A DNA stretch of 32,000 bases from Demequinaceae bacterium (GCA_965250005.1 OZ252279.1:390001-422000); one strand, 5' to 3'; positions 17,393 through 27,078 are shown, numbered from the stretch's first letter. Numbers and translations: made by a program. Notes: generated from the sequence alone by a model not told the origin.

Positions 17393-17572
17393 ATGCCACA
17401 GGTCAGTGCAGGTCAACAACCGCACAATGACGAGAGCGCTCCCGCCCAGCCGGCGCCCATCGCGCAAGCGCGGACGGACGCGATAGATGCGCTCCTCGAC
17501 CAAATCGATGTCACTCTGGAAAACAACGCCGAACAATTCGTGCGGAGCTTCGTTCAAAAGGGCGGCCAGTAG
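17393..17572 (+). CDS. pup: Prokaryotic ubiquitin-like protein Pup (59 aa, C-terminal GGQ)
   Basis: Not in the ORF track (below 60 aa). Hand translation gives MPQVSAGQQPHNDESAPAQPAPIAQARTDAIDALLDQIDVTLENNAEQFVRSFVQKGGQ*. It has a disordered N-terminal half, the helical DxLLDxIDxxLExNAExFVxxxVQKGGQ pattern of Pup, and the correct position between dop and pafA. Confidence 0.88.
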   Translation: MPQVSAGQQPHNDESAPAQPAPIAQARTDAIDALLDQIDVTLENNAEQFVRSFVQKGGQ

Positions 17573-17586
17573 GCCATTTTCGAGAC

Positions 17587-19011
17587 GTGAACAACCTAGA
17601 CGTACCTCCAGCGCTAGAGGTCGAGTCCTCGCGCAGAATCTTTGGCATCGAGACCGAGTTTGGCCTTCACTTTCGGCACGACGCCACCCGCAAGGTTCCG
17701 GCAGAGGAGGTAGCGGGGGCGTTGTTCCACTCCGTTGTTGAGTGGGGGCGCTCATCAAACGTGTTTCTACCCAATGGCTCGCGCATGTACATCGACGTGG
17801 GAGCTCACCCCGAGTACGCGACGGCCGAGTGTGACGACATAGAGCAGCTCATCGCGATGGACAAGGCGGGGGAGCGGATCGTTGGAGCCCTGGTGGCAGC
17901 CGGGGAGAAGCGGCTTGCAGACGCGGGGCTCAAGGGGCAAATCCACCTGTACAAGAACAACACCGACTCGTCTGGCAATTCGTACGGCTGCCACGAGAAT
18001 TACCTCGTTCGGCGGCGCGCGGATTTCACCGCGTTTGCGCAGTCACTCTTGCCGTTCCTCATTACTCGTCAGATTCTCACCGGATCTGGCGTGGTGAACG
18101 GTAGCGGACGGTCGGCCAAGTACTGCTTCTCGCCGCGCTCCGATCACATGTGGGAGGCGATGTCGTCGGCGACCACGCGTTCGCGCCCAATGATCAACAC
18201 CCGCGACGAGCCTCATGCGCACGCGGACAAGTACCGGCGGATGCACGTGATTGTTGGCGACTCGTCGATGGCGGAGCCAACGACGTTGCTCAAGATCGGG
18301 GCGATGGACCTTCTCATCAGGCTGGCCGAAGCGGGTATCCCGATGCCCAAGATGGAAGTTGCACGCGAGATGCAGTCAATACGAGAAGTTTCTCGCGACC
18401 TGTCCGGGTCCGTTCCAGTCGGGATGACCGACGGGCGCCAACTGACTGCTAGTCAGATACAGCGCATCTATTTGGATCATGTCCGCGGGCACGTGGGCGG
18501 AGCGATCGTGAGAACGCCGCTGGTCGAGAGGATCGTCAGCATCTGGGAACGGGGCATTGCCGCTGTCGAATCTGAGGACTTCAGCGGGATCGATACAGAA
18601 CTGGACTGGGCAATCAAGCACCGCTTGATCGAACGTTACCGGGCCCGAACTGGCGCTGGGCTGGATGACCCCCGGGTTGCGCGCCTTGACTACGCGTATC
18701 ACGACATTTCGCCTGGCCGCGGGCTCTACGCCTCGATGGCGGACCAGGGCCTGATCGCGACTGTCGTGACCAGCAAGGCGATCACAACTGCGATGACCGA
18801 GCCGCCACAAAGCACCCGGGCGCGCCTCCGCGGACGCTTTGTTGCCGAGGGGATCGCGGCTCGTCGCGACTTCACTGCCGACTGGACTCACCTCAAGGTA
18901 GTGGGTGACGCTGCCCGGTCGGTGATGTTGAAAGACCCGTTCCGCAACGAAGACGACAGGGTAGACGTTCTCATTGAACACATGCAGTCCTCCCCTGAAC
19001 GTCCTAGTTGA
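17587..19011 (+). CDS. pafA: Pup--protein ligase
   Basis: GTG start. RRIFGIETEFG...WGRSSNVFLPNGSRMYIDVGAHPEYATAECD...NNTDSSGNSYGCHENYL is the PafA signature, and no Dop loop is present. The gene starts 14 nt after the pup stop. Confidence 0.9.
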   Translation: MNNLDVPPALEVESSRRIFGIETEFGLHFRHDATRKVPAEEVAGALFHSVVEWGRSSNVFLPNGSRMYIDVGAHPEYATAECDDIEQLIAMDKAGERIVGALVAAGEKRLADAGLKGQIHLYKNNTDSSGNSYGCHENYLVRRRADFTAFAQSLLPFLITRQILTGSGVVNGSGRSAKYCFSPRSDHMWEAMSSATTRSRPMINTRDEPHAHADKYRRMHVIVGDSSMAEPTTLLKIGAMDLLIRLAEAGIPMPKMEVAREMQSIREVSRDLSGSVPVGMTDGRQLTASQIQRIYLDHVRGHVGGAIVRTPLVERIVSIWERGIAAVESEDFSGIDTELDWAIKHRLIERYRARTGAGLDDPRVARLDYAYHDISPGRGLYASMADQGLIATVVTSKAITTAMTEPPQSTRARLRGRFVAEGIAARRDFTADWTHLKVVGDAARSVMLKDPFRNEDDRVDVLIEHMQSSPERPS

Positions 19012-19152
19012 GGGTGGACGCCGGCTGTCGGAGCCCCGGCTCGGCCCGAATGTTAGGCCTGCGCGGGGCACGTTTGGCGTGCCGTTGCGCGTGATTGTCT
19101 CGTGTGGGACGCCGCATAGACTGAAGTTTGCATGGACACGAAAGGGGAGCAT

Positions 19153-20034
19153 ATGCGCCGCATGAGCGCCGTCGTGATGGGAGCAGTGCTCGCAGTCTCG
19201 GCGTGCACATCCGAGCCAGAGGATGCGGTTACCATCGGCTCCATCGACGACATCGTTGTGGGCGTCGATGAGGTCGGCGCGCCTACGCTTGAGTACGTTC
19301 CCGGGAACATGTACATCGCGGTTGAGACGCGCACGGAATGGGATGGCACCGGGGACTTCCTCAATGATGGTGACCCCGTATTGCTCAATCTGTACGCGAT
19401 CAGCCTGAAAACCGGCGCCGTCATATCGTCCACGTGGCATCCACAGACAGACGAGTCTGCTATGCCGTCGCCGTACCTGGTGGCCCCTGAGGTGCTCGGG
19501 CAGGAGCTATATGACGTACTCATCGGCAAGAGGGTCGGCATCCGTGTTGTCCACGTGTCCCCACCCGCCGACGACTTCCAGGCAGAGGGCGCGATTGCGT
19601 TCGTCGTCGATGTTCTTCCGTCTCGCGCAGTCGGGCTTGCTACCGAGGCGAGGGACGATCTCCCGATCGTGACAGCAGGTCCTCTTGGTGAGCCGACGAT
19701 CACGCTGCGCCCGCTTGACGCGCCGGCGGATCTGGTAATCGCAACTCTCATCCAGGGTGACGGCGAGCAGATTCGCGCCGGCTCCTATGTGATGGTCAAC
19801 TACGTTGGCGTCTACTACTACAACGGCAACATCTTCGACTCGTCTTGGCCCGTCGAGCGCGCGCCATTCGAGACGCGTATCGGCGTGAGCGCCGTCATTC
19901 AGGGCTGGGATATTGGGCTCATCGACCATGCGGCCGGTTCGCAGGTGCTGCTCATCATTCCCCCGGAGCTCGCTTATGGCGAGGACACACTCGTGTTTGT
20001 CATCGACATTCTCGCGGTGTGGAACGCGGAGTAG
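19153..20034 (+). CDS. Lipoprotein with C-terminal FKBP-type peptidyl-prolyl cis-trans isomerase domain
   Basis: The ATG at 19153 (ggggag just upstream) gives [18 protein letters not shown], a signal peptide plus lipobox V-S-A-C. The C-terminal roughly 100 aa ([23 protein letters not shown]...VIQGWDIGL...[15 protein letters not shown]) form an FKBP domain. I do not recognise the roughly 170 aa in between. Confidence 0.8.
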   Translation: MRRMSAVVMGAVLAVSACTSEPEDAVTIGSIDDIVVGVDEVGAPTLEYVPGNMYIAVETRTEWDGTGDFLNDGDPVLLNLYAISLKTGAVISSTWHPQTDESAMPSPYLVAPEVLGQELYDVLIGKRVGIRVVHVSPPADDFQAEGAIAFVVDVLPSRAVGLATEARDDLPIVTAGPLGEPTITLRPLDAPADLVIATLIQGDGEQIRAGSYVMVNYVGVYYYNGNIFDSSWPVERAPFETRIGVSAVIQGWDIGLIDHAAGSQVLLIIPPELAYGEDTLVFVIDILAVWNAE

Positions 20035-20036
20035 AC

Positions 20037-20807
20037 GTGGGCGTAGCGGTGCGGGTGATTCCCTGCCTTGATGTGGATTGCGGACGCGTGGTCAAGGGCG
20101 TCAATTTTGAGAACCTGCGCGACGCTGGTGACCCTGTGGAACTCGCGCGAGCGTACGGAAGCGCCGGGGCGGACGAGCTGACATTTCTTGATGTGTCCGC
20201 GTCGTCCGAGGAGCGCGAGACTACGCGCGAGGTCGTGAGTCGAACAGCAGAGCAAGTGTTCGTCCCGCTCACCGTTGGTGGTGGTGTGCGGTCGGTCGAA
20301 GACGTCGACCGCCTGCTGCGTGCGGGGGCGGACAAAGTGGGCATCAATACCGCCGCAATCGACCGCCCCGAGCTGATTCGCGAAATATCAGAGCGGTTCG
20401 GGAGCCAGGTGCTGGTGCTCTCGGTCGACGCGCGTCGCGGCCAAGACGGAACCTCCACCAAGTCAGGTTACGAGGTAACCACGCACGGCGGGAGCAACGG
20501 CACGGGAATCGACGCTGTGGAGTGGGCACAACGGGGCGAGGAACTGGGTGCGGGTGAAATCCTACTCAATTCGATGGACGCCGACGGCACGACGAACGGG
20601 TTCGACCTCGAGATGATCCGCGCAGTACGCGCAGTCGTGTCGATCCCGCTTATCGCGTCCGGAGGTGCAGGCACCCCGGAACACTTCGTTGAGGCCGCAC
20701 ACGCGGGAGCAGATGCGGTTCTTGCCGCGAGCGTCTTCCACTTTGGCACGTTGGATATCGCAGCGGTGAAACAGCACATGCGTGAGGCGGGAATCGAGGT
20801 TCGCTAA
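20037..20807 (+). CDS. hisF: Imidazole glycerol phosphate synthase, cyclase subunit
   Basis: The GTG at 20037 lies 2 nt after the FKBP stop. [32 protein letters not shown]...ADELTFLDV..., ...[10 protein letters not shown] and ...IASGGAG are canonical HisF. Length is 256 aa. Confidence 0.93.
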   Translation: MGVAVRVIPCLDVDCGRVVKGVNFENLRDAGDPVELARAYGSAGADELTFLDVSASSEERETTREVVSRTAEQVFVPLTVGGGVRSVEDVDRLLRAGADKVGINTAAIDRPELIREISERFGSQVLVLSVDARRGQDGTSTKSGYEVTTHGGSNGTGIDAVEWAQRGEELGAGEILLNSMDADGTTNGFDLEMIRAVRAVVSIPLIASGGAGTPEHFVEAAHAGADAVLAASVFHFGTLDIAAVKQHMREAGIEVR

Positions 20808-22681
20808 TGCCCGCAGACGGTACCGAGAAGAGCGAGTACACGCTGCAGGGCACGTTCTTGAGGCGCTCGATGCAAATCCTCGCGCACGCGATGCGCACCT
20901 CGCCCAAGTTCTTCTTGCTCGCGATCGGTGCGGCGGCTCTGTTCAGTGTTTCGGTGGTGGTCTTTGGAACGCTTCTCGGTGAGATCGTTGACGACGTGGT
21001 CATTCCGTCGGTCGCGGGCGAGCCCATCGCAGGCCCGTGGGGTGACAGGACGCAGGATCCGCGCTCGGCCATTCTGATGGCCGGGGCAGTCTTCCTGGGG
21101 ATTGGCGTCTTGAATGCCGCGCTTGTCGCCGTTCGCCGCGTGGCTCAAGGCACTGGCGTCGCGGGCGTTTCGCGGCGCCACCGAACGGTGGTGGCGGACG
21201 CGCTGGCAGCGCTTCCGCTCGGCTGGCACCGATCCAACTCGAGCGGCCGCGTCATCTCCGCGATGTCATCGGACGCCGAACTTGCCGTGGACCCGTTGCA
21301 TCCTTTCGCGTTTACGGTCGGCAGCTTTGTCATGATGATCGCTGCCGGGATATCTCTCTTTTTGATTGATCCGCTCATGGCCGCGACGGGCATGGCGGTT
21401 GTGCCGGTGATACTCGGCATCAACATGATCTACGAGCGGGTGATTACGCCGTTCTACGACCGAGGCCAGCACCTGCGCGCCGAGGTGTCGACGATCGCTC
21501 ACGAAAGTTTTGATGGCGGTACGGTGATCAAGGCGCTGGGCGCCGAAGCGCGTGAGAGCGAGCGTTTCGACGCGGTCGTTGACGACCTCCGCGACGCTGA
21601 CGTGCTTGTCGGGAAGACGTCCGCGTGGTTCGAGCCGATGATGGACCTCGTTGTACCCCTGGGATCAGTTGCGCTCATGGTGGTGGGCACGCACCGCGCG
21701 GCCGCAGGCGTCATCACCCCCGGTGATGTCGTTGCGGCCATCTACCTGGTGACGCTGCTGGCCGTGCCTATTCGCGGCCTCGGGTGGGTCATGGGGCAGA
21801 TGCCGCAGGCGCACGTGAGCTTCCGGCGTATCGGCTCCATTGGGGAGGCCGCGACCGAGGTAGACGAACCCGGAACCCTCGACGTCGAAAATGCGGGCCC
21901 GGCCCACGTTGTTGTCACAGGCGCCGACATCGGCAAGGACGACGGCGACGGAGTAATCGAGGTGATCGTCCACGGCGTCGACCTCGAACTCGAACCCGGT
22001 TCCGTCACGGCACTCGTGGGCCCGACGGGATCCGGGAAAAGCACTATTGCACTGGCCACCACTCGGTTGGCCCGCGCCTCGAGCGGTGAGGTCACTCTCG
22101 ACCAAGTTAACGTGGACGACATCGCGGAACTGGGTGGTCACGTGACACTCGTGCCGCAAACGGCATTCCTCTTCGCGGATACCGTCCGCGAGAACGTGAC
22201 ACTTGGCGCCGACTTCACCGACGCCGAAGTCTGGTCGGCGCTCGAACTAGCCGCCGTGGGCGACGTGGTGCGCAGGATGCAGGACGCGAATGGAGAGGGC
22301 CTCGATGCCACGCTCAGTGAGCGCGGCATGAACCTCTCCGGTGGCCAGCGTCAGCGGCTCGCCATCGCACGAGCACTCGTGCGCAAGCCGCGCCTGCTAG
22401 TACTTGACGACGCCACGTCGGCCGTCGACCCGCGCGTCGAGCAGGACATCTTGCGCGGCCTGCGCAACGTCGAAAACGGGCCCACCATCCTTCTTATCGC
22501 ATACAGGCTCGCCTCAATCATGCTCGCAGACCAGGTGGTTCATTTGGATCGTGGGCGAGTGACGGGCGCTGGCACGCACGCGCAGTTGATCAGGAAGGAC
22601 AAGGGATACCACGCGCTCGTCACCGCATACGAGGAGGACTCCAGGCGCCGTGCGGAAGAGTCAGCGGGGTGGGTCGGATGA
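20807..22681 (+). CDS. ABC exporter half-transporter (TMD-NBD), subunit with degenerate ATPase motifs
   Basis: The ATG overlaps the hisF stop (TAATG). The N-terminal 6-TM exporter domain is followed by an NBD with these motifs:
- Walker A GPTGSGKST
- Q-loop VPQTAF
- Canonical signature LSGGQRQR
- Walker B LLVLDD followed by D instead of the catalytic E
- H-loop IAYRL (Y instead of H). Confidence 0.88.
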   Translation: MPADGTEKSEYTLQGTFLRRSMQILAHAMRTSPKFFLLAIGAAALFSVSVVVFGTLLGEIVDDVVIPSVAGEPIAGPWGDRTQDPRSAILMAGAVFLGIGVLNAALVAVRRVAQGTGVAGVSRRHRTVVADALAALPLGWHRSNSSGRVISAMSSDAELAVDPLHPFAFTVGSFVMMIAAGISLFLIDPLMAATGMAVVPVILGINMIYERVITPFYDRGQHLRAEVSTIAHESFDGGTVIKALGAEARESERFDAVVDDLRDADVLVGKTSAWFEPMMDLVVPLGSVALMVVGTHRAAAGVITPGDVVAAIYLVTLLAVPIRGLGWVMGQMPQAHVSFRRIGSIGEAATEVDEPGTLDVENAGPAHVVVTGADIGKDDGDGVIEVIVHGVDLELEPGSVTALVGPTGSGKSTIALATTRLARASSGEVTLDQVNVDDIAELGGHVTLVPQTAFLFADTVRENVTLGADFTDAEVWSALELAAVGDVVRRMQDANGEGLDATLSERGMNLSGGQRQRLAIARALVRKPRLLVLDDATSAVDPRVEQDILRGLRNVENGPTILLIAYRLASIMLADQVVHLDRGRVTGAGTHAQLIRKDKGYHALVTAYEEDSRRRAEESAGWVG

Positions 22682-24453
22682 CCGGGCAGGAGGACACCAT
22701 CGCGACTTTCCGGCGCGGCTTCGTGTTGAGCCCGGAGTTTTCCGTCGGGCTACGCGTGACGCTCACCCTTGCTGGATTTGCAGCGTTGGCGCGGGCCGCC
22801 GTTCCGTACATGACCCAGCGCATCACGGACGATGCGCTGCTGGCTCCCGGCGGCGTACAAGTCGATCTTGCCGTCCAGTTGGGCATCTTTGGGGTTGTCG
22901 TGCTGGCGATCGGCTCGTTGCTTGCGTGGCTCGTGCGCCGGCGATTGGTTACGGCCGCGGAGGCAGGGCTCGCCACGCTGCGCAAGAAGGCGTTTGCTCA
23001 CGTGCACCGCCTGTCGGTCCTGACTCAGAACGAGGAGCAACGGGGCAGGTACATTTCTCGGATTACGGGCGACGTCGATGCGCTTCGGGAATTCGTCCAA
23101 TGGACCGGAACCGGGATGGTCATTTCGGTACTCGAAATGTCCGTGGTGTTCTCGCTGATGATGATCTATTCTTGGGAACTCGCGCTGATCGTCATGTTCG
23201 CCTTCCTTCCGCTTGTGCTCGCTCTGAAGTGGCTCTACCCCAAGGTGCAGTCCTCGCTGCGGCTGGTCCGCGAGCAGATGGCGGACCTGCTGGCCCGCAC
23301 CTCGGAGCACATCATCGGCGTGGCGACCATTCAGTCCTACGGCGTTCAACGCCGGATGCGCTCCAGGCTCGGAGTGCAGATCGCCAGCATCTTCACCATG
23401 GAGAAGCGCGTGGCGCGGCTACACTCCACGACCTTCTCGAGTACGGTACTGGGGCAGTCGATCGCGACCGGTCTTGCGTTAGTTTTTGGGACCCGGTTTG
23501 CGCAGGACGGCGAGATTAGCGTGGGTACGGTGGTCGCGTTTGCGTTCTTGGTCTACATGTTTTCGGGCCCGCTCATGTGGGTGATCGAAACGCTCTCTGA
23601 GATGCAGCGCTCGGTTGTGGCCTGGTCGCGCGTGATCGAGTTGGTGGATGCTCCTGAGACCGTGCCGGACGCTGGAGCCCGCGGCACGCGCCTTCCCGAT
23701 GGCAGGCTCGGCGTCTCAGTCGAGGATGTTCGCATGACATACGCGGGTGGTCCCGAGGTTCTTAAGGGCATTTCGCTCGCCATCCCGCGCGGCCAACAGC
23801 TCGCAGTGGTGGGACAAACGGGCTCCGGGAAGACCACGCTCGCGCGACTCTTGGTCCGATTTATGGACCCAAGCGGCGGCGCCATCTCCATGGGCGGAGT
23901 TGATCTCAGGGAGGTCCCTATGAGCGACCTTCGGCGCCGCGTTACCGTAGTTCCGCAGGAAGGTTTCCTCTTTGCCGGCACTATCGCTTCAAACCTTGCG
24001 TACGGACTACCGGGGATTGCCGCCGGGGATGTGCCGGACCTCGGACGGGCCGCGTTCCAGGATTTGGGGCTTGTGGACTGGCTGGACGGGCATCCGGATG
24101 GGCTTCAGGCAGAGGTGGGGCAGCGCGGCGAAAGGCTGTCGGCAGGGGAGCGACAGCTTGTGGCCATCGCGAGGGCTTACCTACGTGACCCGGATGTGCT
24201 TCTACTTGACGAGGCCACGTCGGCTGTAGATCCGGTGACGGAGGTGCGCATCAGTCGCGCGCTGGAAACCCTCATGAAGGGCCGGACCTCCATCGTGATC
24301 GCGCACCGCCTCTCGACGGCGGAACGCGCCGATGCGATCGCGGTAATGGCCGACGGCGAACTCCGCGAAGTCGGTCACCACAAGGAACTACTTGCCGCGG
24401 ACGGCGAGTACACCAAAATGTACGCGGCCTGGGTTTCGCAAACCCGCGACTGA
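22678..24453 (+). CDS. ABC exporter half-transporter (TMD-NBD), subunit with consensus ATPase motifs
   Basis: The ATG at 22678 overlaps the upstream stop (ATGA); an in-frame GTG at 22669 is an alternative. The NBD motifs are:
- Walker [10 protein letters not shown]
- Q-loop VPQEGF
- Walker [10 protein letters not shown] (catalytic E present)
- H-loop IAHRLST
- Non-canonical signature LSAGERQ. Confidence 0.88.
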   Translation: MTGQEDTIATFRRGFVLSPEFSVGLRVTLTLAGFAALARAAVPYMTQRITDDALLAPGGVQVDLAVQLGIFGVVVLAIGSLLAWLVRRRLVTAAEAGLATLRKKAFAHVHRLSVLTQNEEQRGRYISRITGDVDALREFVQWTGTGMVISVLEMSVVFSLMMIYSWELALIVMFAFLPLVLALKWLYPKVQSSLRLVREQMADLLARTSEHIIGVATIQSYGVQRRMRSRLGVQIASIFTMEKRVARLHSTTFSSTVLGQSIATGLALVFGTRFAQDGEISVGTVVAFAFLVYMFSGPLMWVIETLSEMQRSVVAWSRVIELVDAPETVPDAGARGTRLPDGRLGVSVEDVRMTYAGGPEVLKGISLAIPRGQQLAVVGQTGSGKTTLARLLVRFMDPSGGAISMGGVDLREVPMSDLRRRVTVVPQEGFLFAGTIASNLAYGLPGIAAGDVPDLGRAAFQDLGLVDWLDGHPDGLQAEVGQRGERLSAGERQLVAIARAYLRDPDVLLLDEATSAVDPVTEVRISRALETLMKGRTSIVIAHRLSTAERADAIAVMADGELREVGHHKELLAADGEYTKMYAAWVSQTRD

Positions 24454-24472
24454 ATCGTGGAAGGATGGGCCC

Positions 24473-24862
24473 ATGCCACTGGACCCCAGCGTTGCGGAGC
24501 GCCTGAAGCGCGACTCGAACGGACTCGTTTGTGCCGTCGTGCAGCAATACGACACCGGCGAGGTCCTCATGGTGGGGTGGATGAACGACGACGCGCTCGG
24601 CAGGACGCTCAGCGAAGGGCGCGCGGTGTTTTGGAGCCGGAGCCGGCAGGAGCTTTGGCGTAAAGGAGACACTTCCGGGCACGCGCAGTGGATCAAATCC
24701 GTCTCCCTCGATTGCGATGGAGATTCCCTGCTCCTGCGCGTTGACCAAGTGGGCCCGGCTTGCCACACGGGCGAGCACTCGTGTTTCGATGCGGGAGGCG
24801 ACTTGGGCGCTGCAGTGGCGAACCAGGCGAATGACGGCCCGGGGGCGGGCAAGAGTGAGTAG
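24473..24862 (+). CDS. hisI: Phosphoribosyl-AMP cyclohydrolase (monofunctional)
   Basis: ATG at 24473 with ggaagga upstream. [26 protein letters not shown]...[18 protein letters not shown]...[26 protein letters not shown] is canonical HisI. No HisE domain is present. Confidence 0.9.
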   Translation: MPLDPSVAERLKRDSNGLVCAVVQQYDTGEVLMVGWMNDDALGRTLSEGRAVFWSRSRQELWRKGDTSGHAQWIKSVSLDCDGDSLLLRVDQVGPACHTGEHSCFDAGGDLGAAVANQANDGPGAGKSE

Positions 24863-26405
24863 CGCTCCCGCGAATGTAGCCTGGGGCGAAACGTGGCCGT
24901 CCCTTGGCGGTTTCGTGGACATGGGCGCGACGCGCCGCGTAGTCCCGGTCGTACGCAAGGTATTGGCCGACGGCGTTACGCCCGTTGCTGTCTACCGCGC
25001 CCTCGCGCAGGAACGGCCCGGCACGTTCATCCTTGAGTCCGCCGAGCCGGACGGCTCTCGCTCCAGGTTTTCCTTCGTAGGTGTGCACTCGCGCGCGACC
25101 CTCACGGCCACGGGCGACGATGCGCGCTGGTCGGGGGACGTGCCCGTTGGCCTCGTGAACGGCGCACCTCTCGACACCATTCGGCACGCGCTGGAGGAAA
25201 TGCGCTCGGAGGCCATCCCCGGCCTACCGCCGCTCACTGGCGGGTTGGTGGGGCTGCTCGGCTGGGACATCGTCCGCCAATGGGAGCCCACCCTGCCCCA
25301 GAACGCGCCCCGCGAGCTCGACGTCCCCGACATGCTGCTCATGCTTGCGACCGATCTCGCCGCAATTGATCACTACGACGGGAGCGTCTGGCTCATCGCG
25401 AACGCCATCAACGCTGACGCGAAAGCGTCGGGCCTCAACATCGCATACGCTGACGCGGTGGCGAGGCTCGATGCGATGCAGGCGGCACTCAATGGCGCCG
25501 CCACTGCAGACGTGTCTGTGACCGCGCCCGCGGGGGAAGAACCCGAAATCAAGCAGCGCTCAGAGCCTGGCGAGTACCAGCGGATCGTGGAGTTTTGCAA
25601 AGAGGCAATCCGGGACGGCGAGGTCTTTCAGGTGGTGCCATCGCAGCGCTTCGATGTGACGTGTGACGCGAGTCCGTTTGATGTGTACCGCGTGCTGCGC
25701 ACGCTCAACCCCAGCCCCTATATGTACTACTTCCAACTGCTGGACGCGGAAGGCAGGGAGTCTGCCGTTGTCGGCGCAAGTCCCGAGTCGCTCGTCGCCG
25801 TAAGGGACGGCGACGTGATGACGTTCCCGATCGCCGGATCTCGGCCACGCGGCGCGACGCCCGAGGAGGACGCGCAGCTCGAGCAGGACTTGGTCGCCGA
25901 CCCCAAGGAAATCGCCGAGCACATCATGCTCGTCGACCTGTCGCGAAACGACTTGGTGAAAGTCTGCGAGCCCACCTCGGTCGAAGTCTCTGACTTCATG
26001 GCGGTCAATCGATACAGCCACATTATGCACATCTGCTCAACGGTCACTGGCCAGCTTGAGCCCCAGCACGGGCTCGTAGACGTTTTCACTGCTACGTTTC
26101 CTGCCGGAACGCTCTCCGGCGCGCCAAAGCCACGCGCGATCGCGCTTATCGACGAGGTCGAACCGGCAAGGCGGGGTTACTACGGAGGCGCCGTCGGCTA
26201 CTTCGATTTCGCGGGGAATATGGATACGGCGATCGCCATACGCACCGCGCTGATCCAGAACGGGATCGCGCACGTTCAGGCAGGAGCGGGGATCGTTGCC
26301 GACTCGGTGCCCGACACAGAAGAGCAAGAAACCCGCGACAAAACTGCCGCGATGATTCGCGCCATTTCGCTTGCAAGCCGCCTCGAACGCGCCGAGTCTG
26401 GTTAG
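24855..26405 (+). CDS. trpE: Anthranilate synthase component I
   Basis: The GTG at 24855 overlaps the hisI end by 8 nt. [24 protein letters not shown]...GTFILESAE matches the N-terminal Trp-feedback region. The C-terminal chorismate-binding motifs are [23 protein letters not shown] and [21 protein letters not shown]. Confidence 0.9.
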   Translation: MSSAPANVAWGETWPSLGGFVDMGATRRVVPVVRKVLADGVTPVAVYRALAQERPGTFILESAEPDGSRSRFSFVGVHSRATLTATGDDARWSGDVPVGLVNGAPLDTIRHALEEMRSEAIPGLPPLTGGLVGLLGWDIVRQWEPTLPQNAPRELDVPDMLLMLATDLAAIDHYDGSVWLIANAINADAKASGLNIAYADAVARLDAMQAALNGAATADVSVTAPAGEEPEIKQRSEPGEYQRIVEFCKEAIRDGEVFQVVPSQRFDVTCDASPFDVYRVLRTLNPSPYMYYFQLLDAEGRESAVVGASPESLVAVRDGDVMTFPIAGSRPRGATPEEDAQLEQDLVADPKEIAEHIMLVDLSRNDLVKVCEPTSVEVSDFMAVNRYSHIMHICSTVTGQLEPQHGLVDVFTATFPAGTLSGAPKPRAIALIDEVEPARRGYYGGAVGYFDFAGNMDTAIAIRTALIQNGIAHVQAGAGIVADSVPDTEEQETRDKTAAMIRAISLASRLERAESG

Positions 26406-26432
26406 ACTCCAATTATCGAACAGGGAGCATCA

Positions 26433-26669
26433 ATGTCCAGCGTAGAGATTTCCGAGTCCGACCTTCCCGACGTCGCTCCGGGGAACCACGGCCGCACGCG
26501 CTCCGCGTGGGTCGCCAACAGCGGAGTAGTCGCCGGCGCACTCTTTGCGGGCTGGGGTTTCACCGTGTGGGACATGGTGTGGGTCTGGATCGGTTCAGGT
26601 GTGGCGGTTACCGCGTTGATCGCGGCAGCCGTTCTCAAAGCCCTCGGACACGGGCAACCCAGTCGGTAG
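26433..26669 (+). CDS. Small Trp-rich two-TM membrane protein, HGxxPAAW-like
   Basis: AGGGAG lies 6 nt upstream of the ATG. The 78-aa protein has two hydrophobic helices. The stretch NHGRTRSAW resembles, from memory, the HGxxPAAW small-protein family found beside trpE in actinobacteria. It contains 5 Trp, three of them within 7 residues (WDMVWVW). Confidence 0.55.
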   Translation: MSSVEISESDLPDVAPGNHGRTRSAWVANSGVVAGALFAGWGFTVWDMVWVWIGSGVAVTALIAAAVLKALGHGQPSR

Positions 26670-26718
26670 TCGCGCCTGGCAGTGCGGCGACCGTTGATAT
26701 CAATCAAAGGAGATAGAT

Positions 26719-27066
26719 ATGACAACCCCACCACCCCCCGCAGCGGCGGGGCTCCCCAATAGCGGCAAGGCGCTCGCGTCAATGATCGTCGGTATCGTCT
26801 CGGTGCTGTCGTGCCTCTACTGGTTCATGGCACTGCCTGGCGGAATCGTCGCGATCATTCTTGGTATCCAGGGAAAGCGAGACGCAGCAGCGGGCACCCA
26901 TGGCGGCGGCGGAATGGCGCAGACCGGAATCATTCTCGGTGTGGTCGCCGCAGTTCTCGGACTGCTCGGCGCAGTTCTCGTATACCTGAGCCCCGGTTTC
27001 GCGGACTCATGGCTTGAGGGCATCTGCGAGTCGAACCCCGACATCCCGCAGTGCGCGGACGTTTAA
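26719..27066 (+). CDS. DUF4190-like small membrane protein
   Basis: A strong RBS (aaaggag) lies 7 nt upstream of the ATG. A Pro-rich N-terminus is followed by two TM hairpin segments separated by ILGIQGKRDAAAG...GGGMAQTGIILG, the layout I associate with DUF4190. The C-terminus has 2 Cys. Confidence 0.65.
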   Translation: MTTPPPPAAAGLPNSGKALASMIVGIVSVLSCLYWFMALPGGIVAIILGIQGKRDAAAGTHGGGGMAQTGIILGVVAAVLGLLGAVLVYLSPGFADSWLEGICESNPDIPQCADV

Positions 27067-27078
27067 TAGCGATTGATG

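Noticed and set aside
17226-17486. 86-aa ORF from the track spanning the dop/pup junction.
   Set aside because: It overlaps the end of dop and the start of pup out of frame and is R/S/T-rich. The alternative frame gives a textbook Pup sequence.
19012-19152. Features in the 141-nt pafA-FKBP spacer: a 6-bp hairpin (ggcacg-tttgg-cgtgcc, 19067-19083) and a 14-codon ORF (ATG at about 19050).
   Set aside because: The stem is short with no U-tract. The mini-ORF has no RBS or recognisable features. I cannot support either as a terminator, sRNA or peptide gene from sequence alone.
24453-24860. A Trp leader peptide or attenuator upstream of trpE.
   Set aside because: The trpE start overlaps the end of hisI, so there is no untranslated leader in which a trpL-type peptide and terminator could sit.
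26694-26703. Perfect 10-bp AT-rich palindrome TTGATATCAA just upstream of the DUF4190 gene RBS.
   Set aside because: It is a single short palindrome with no second copy in the window and no known operator consensus that I can match. It could simply be chance or part of the translation-initiation region.
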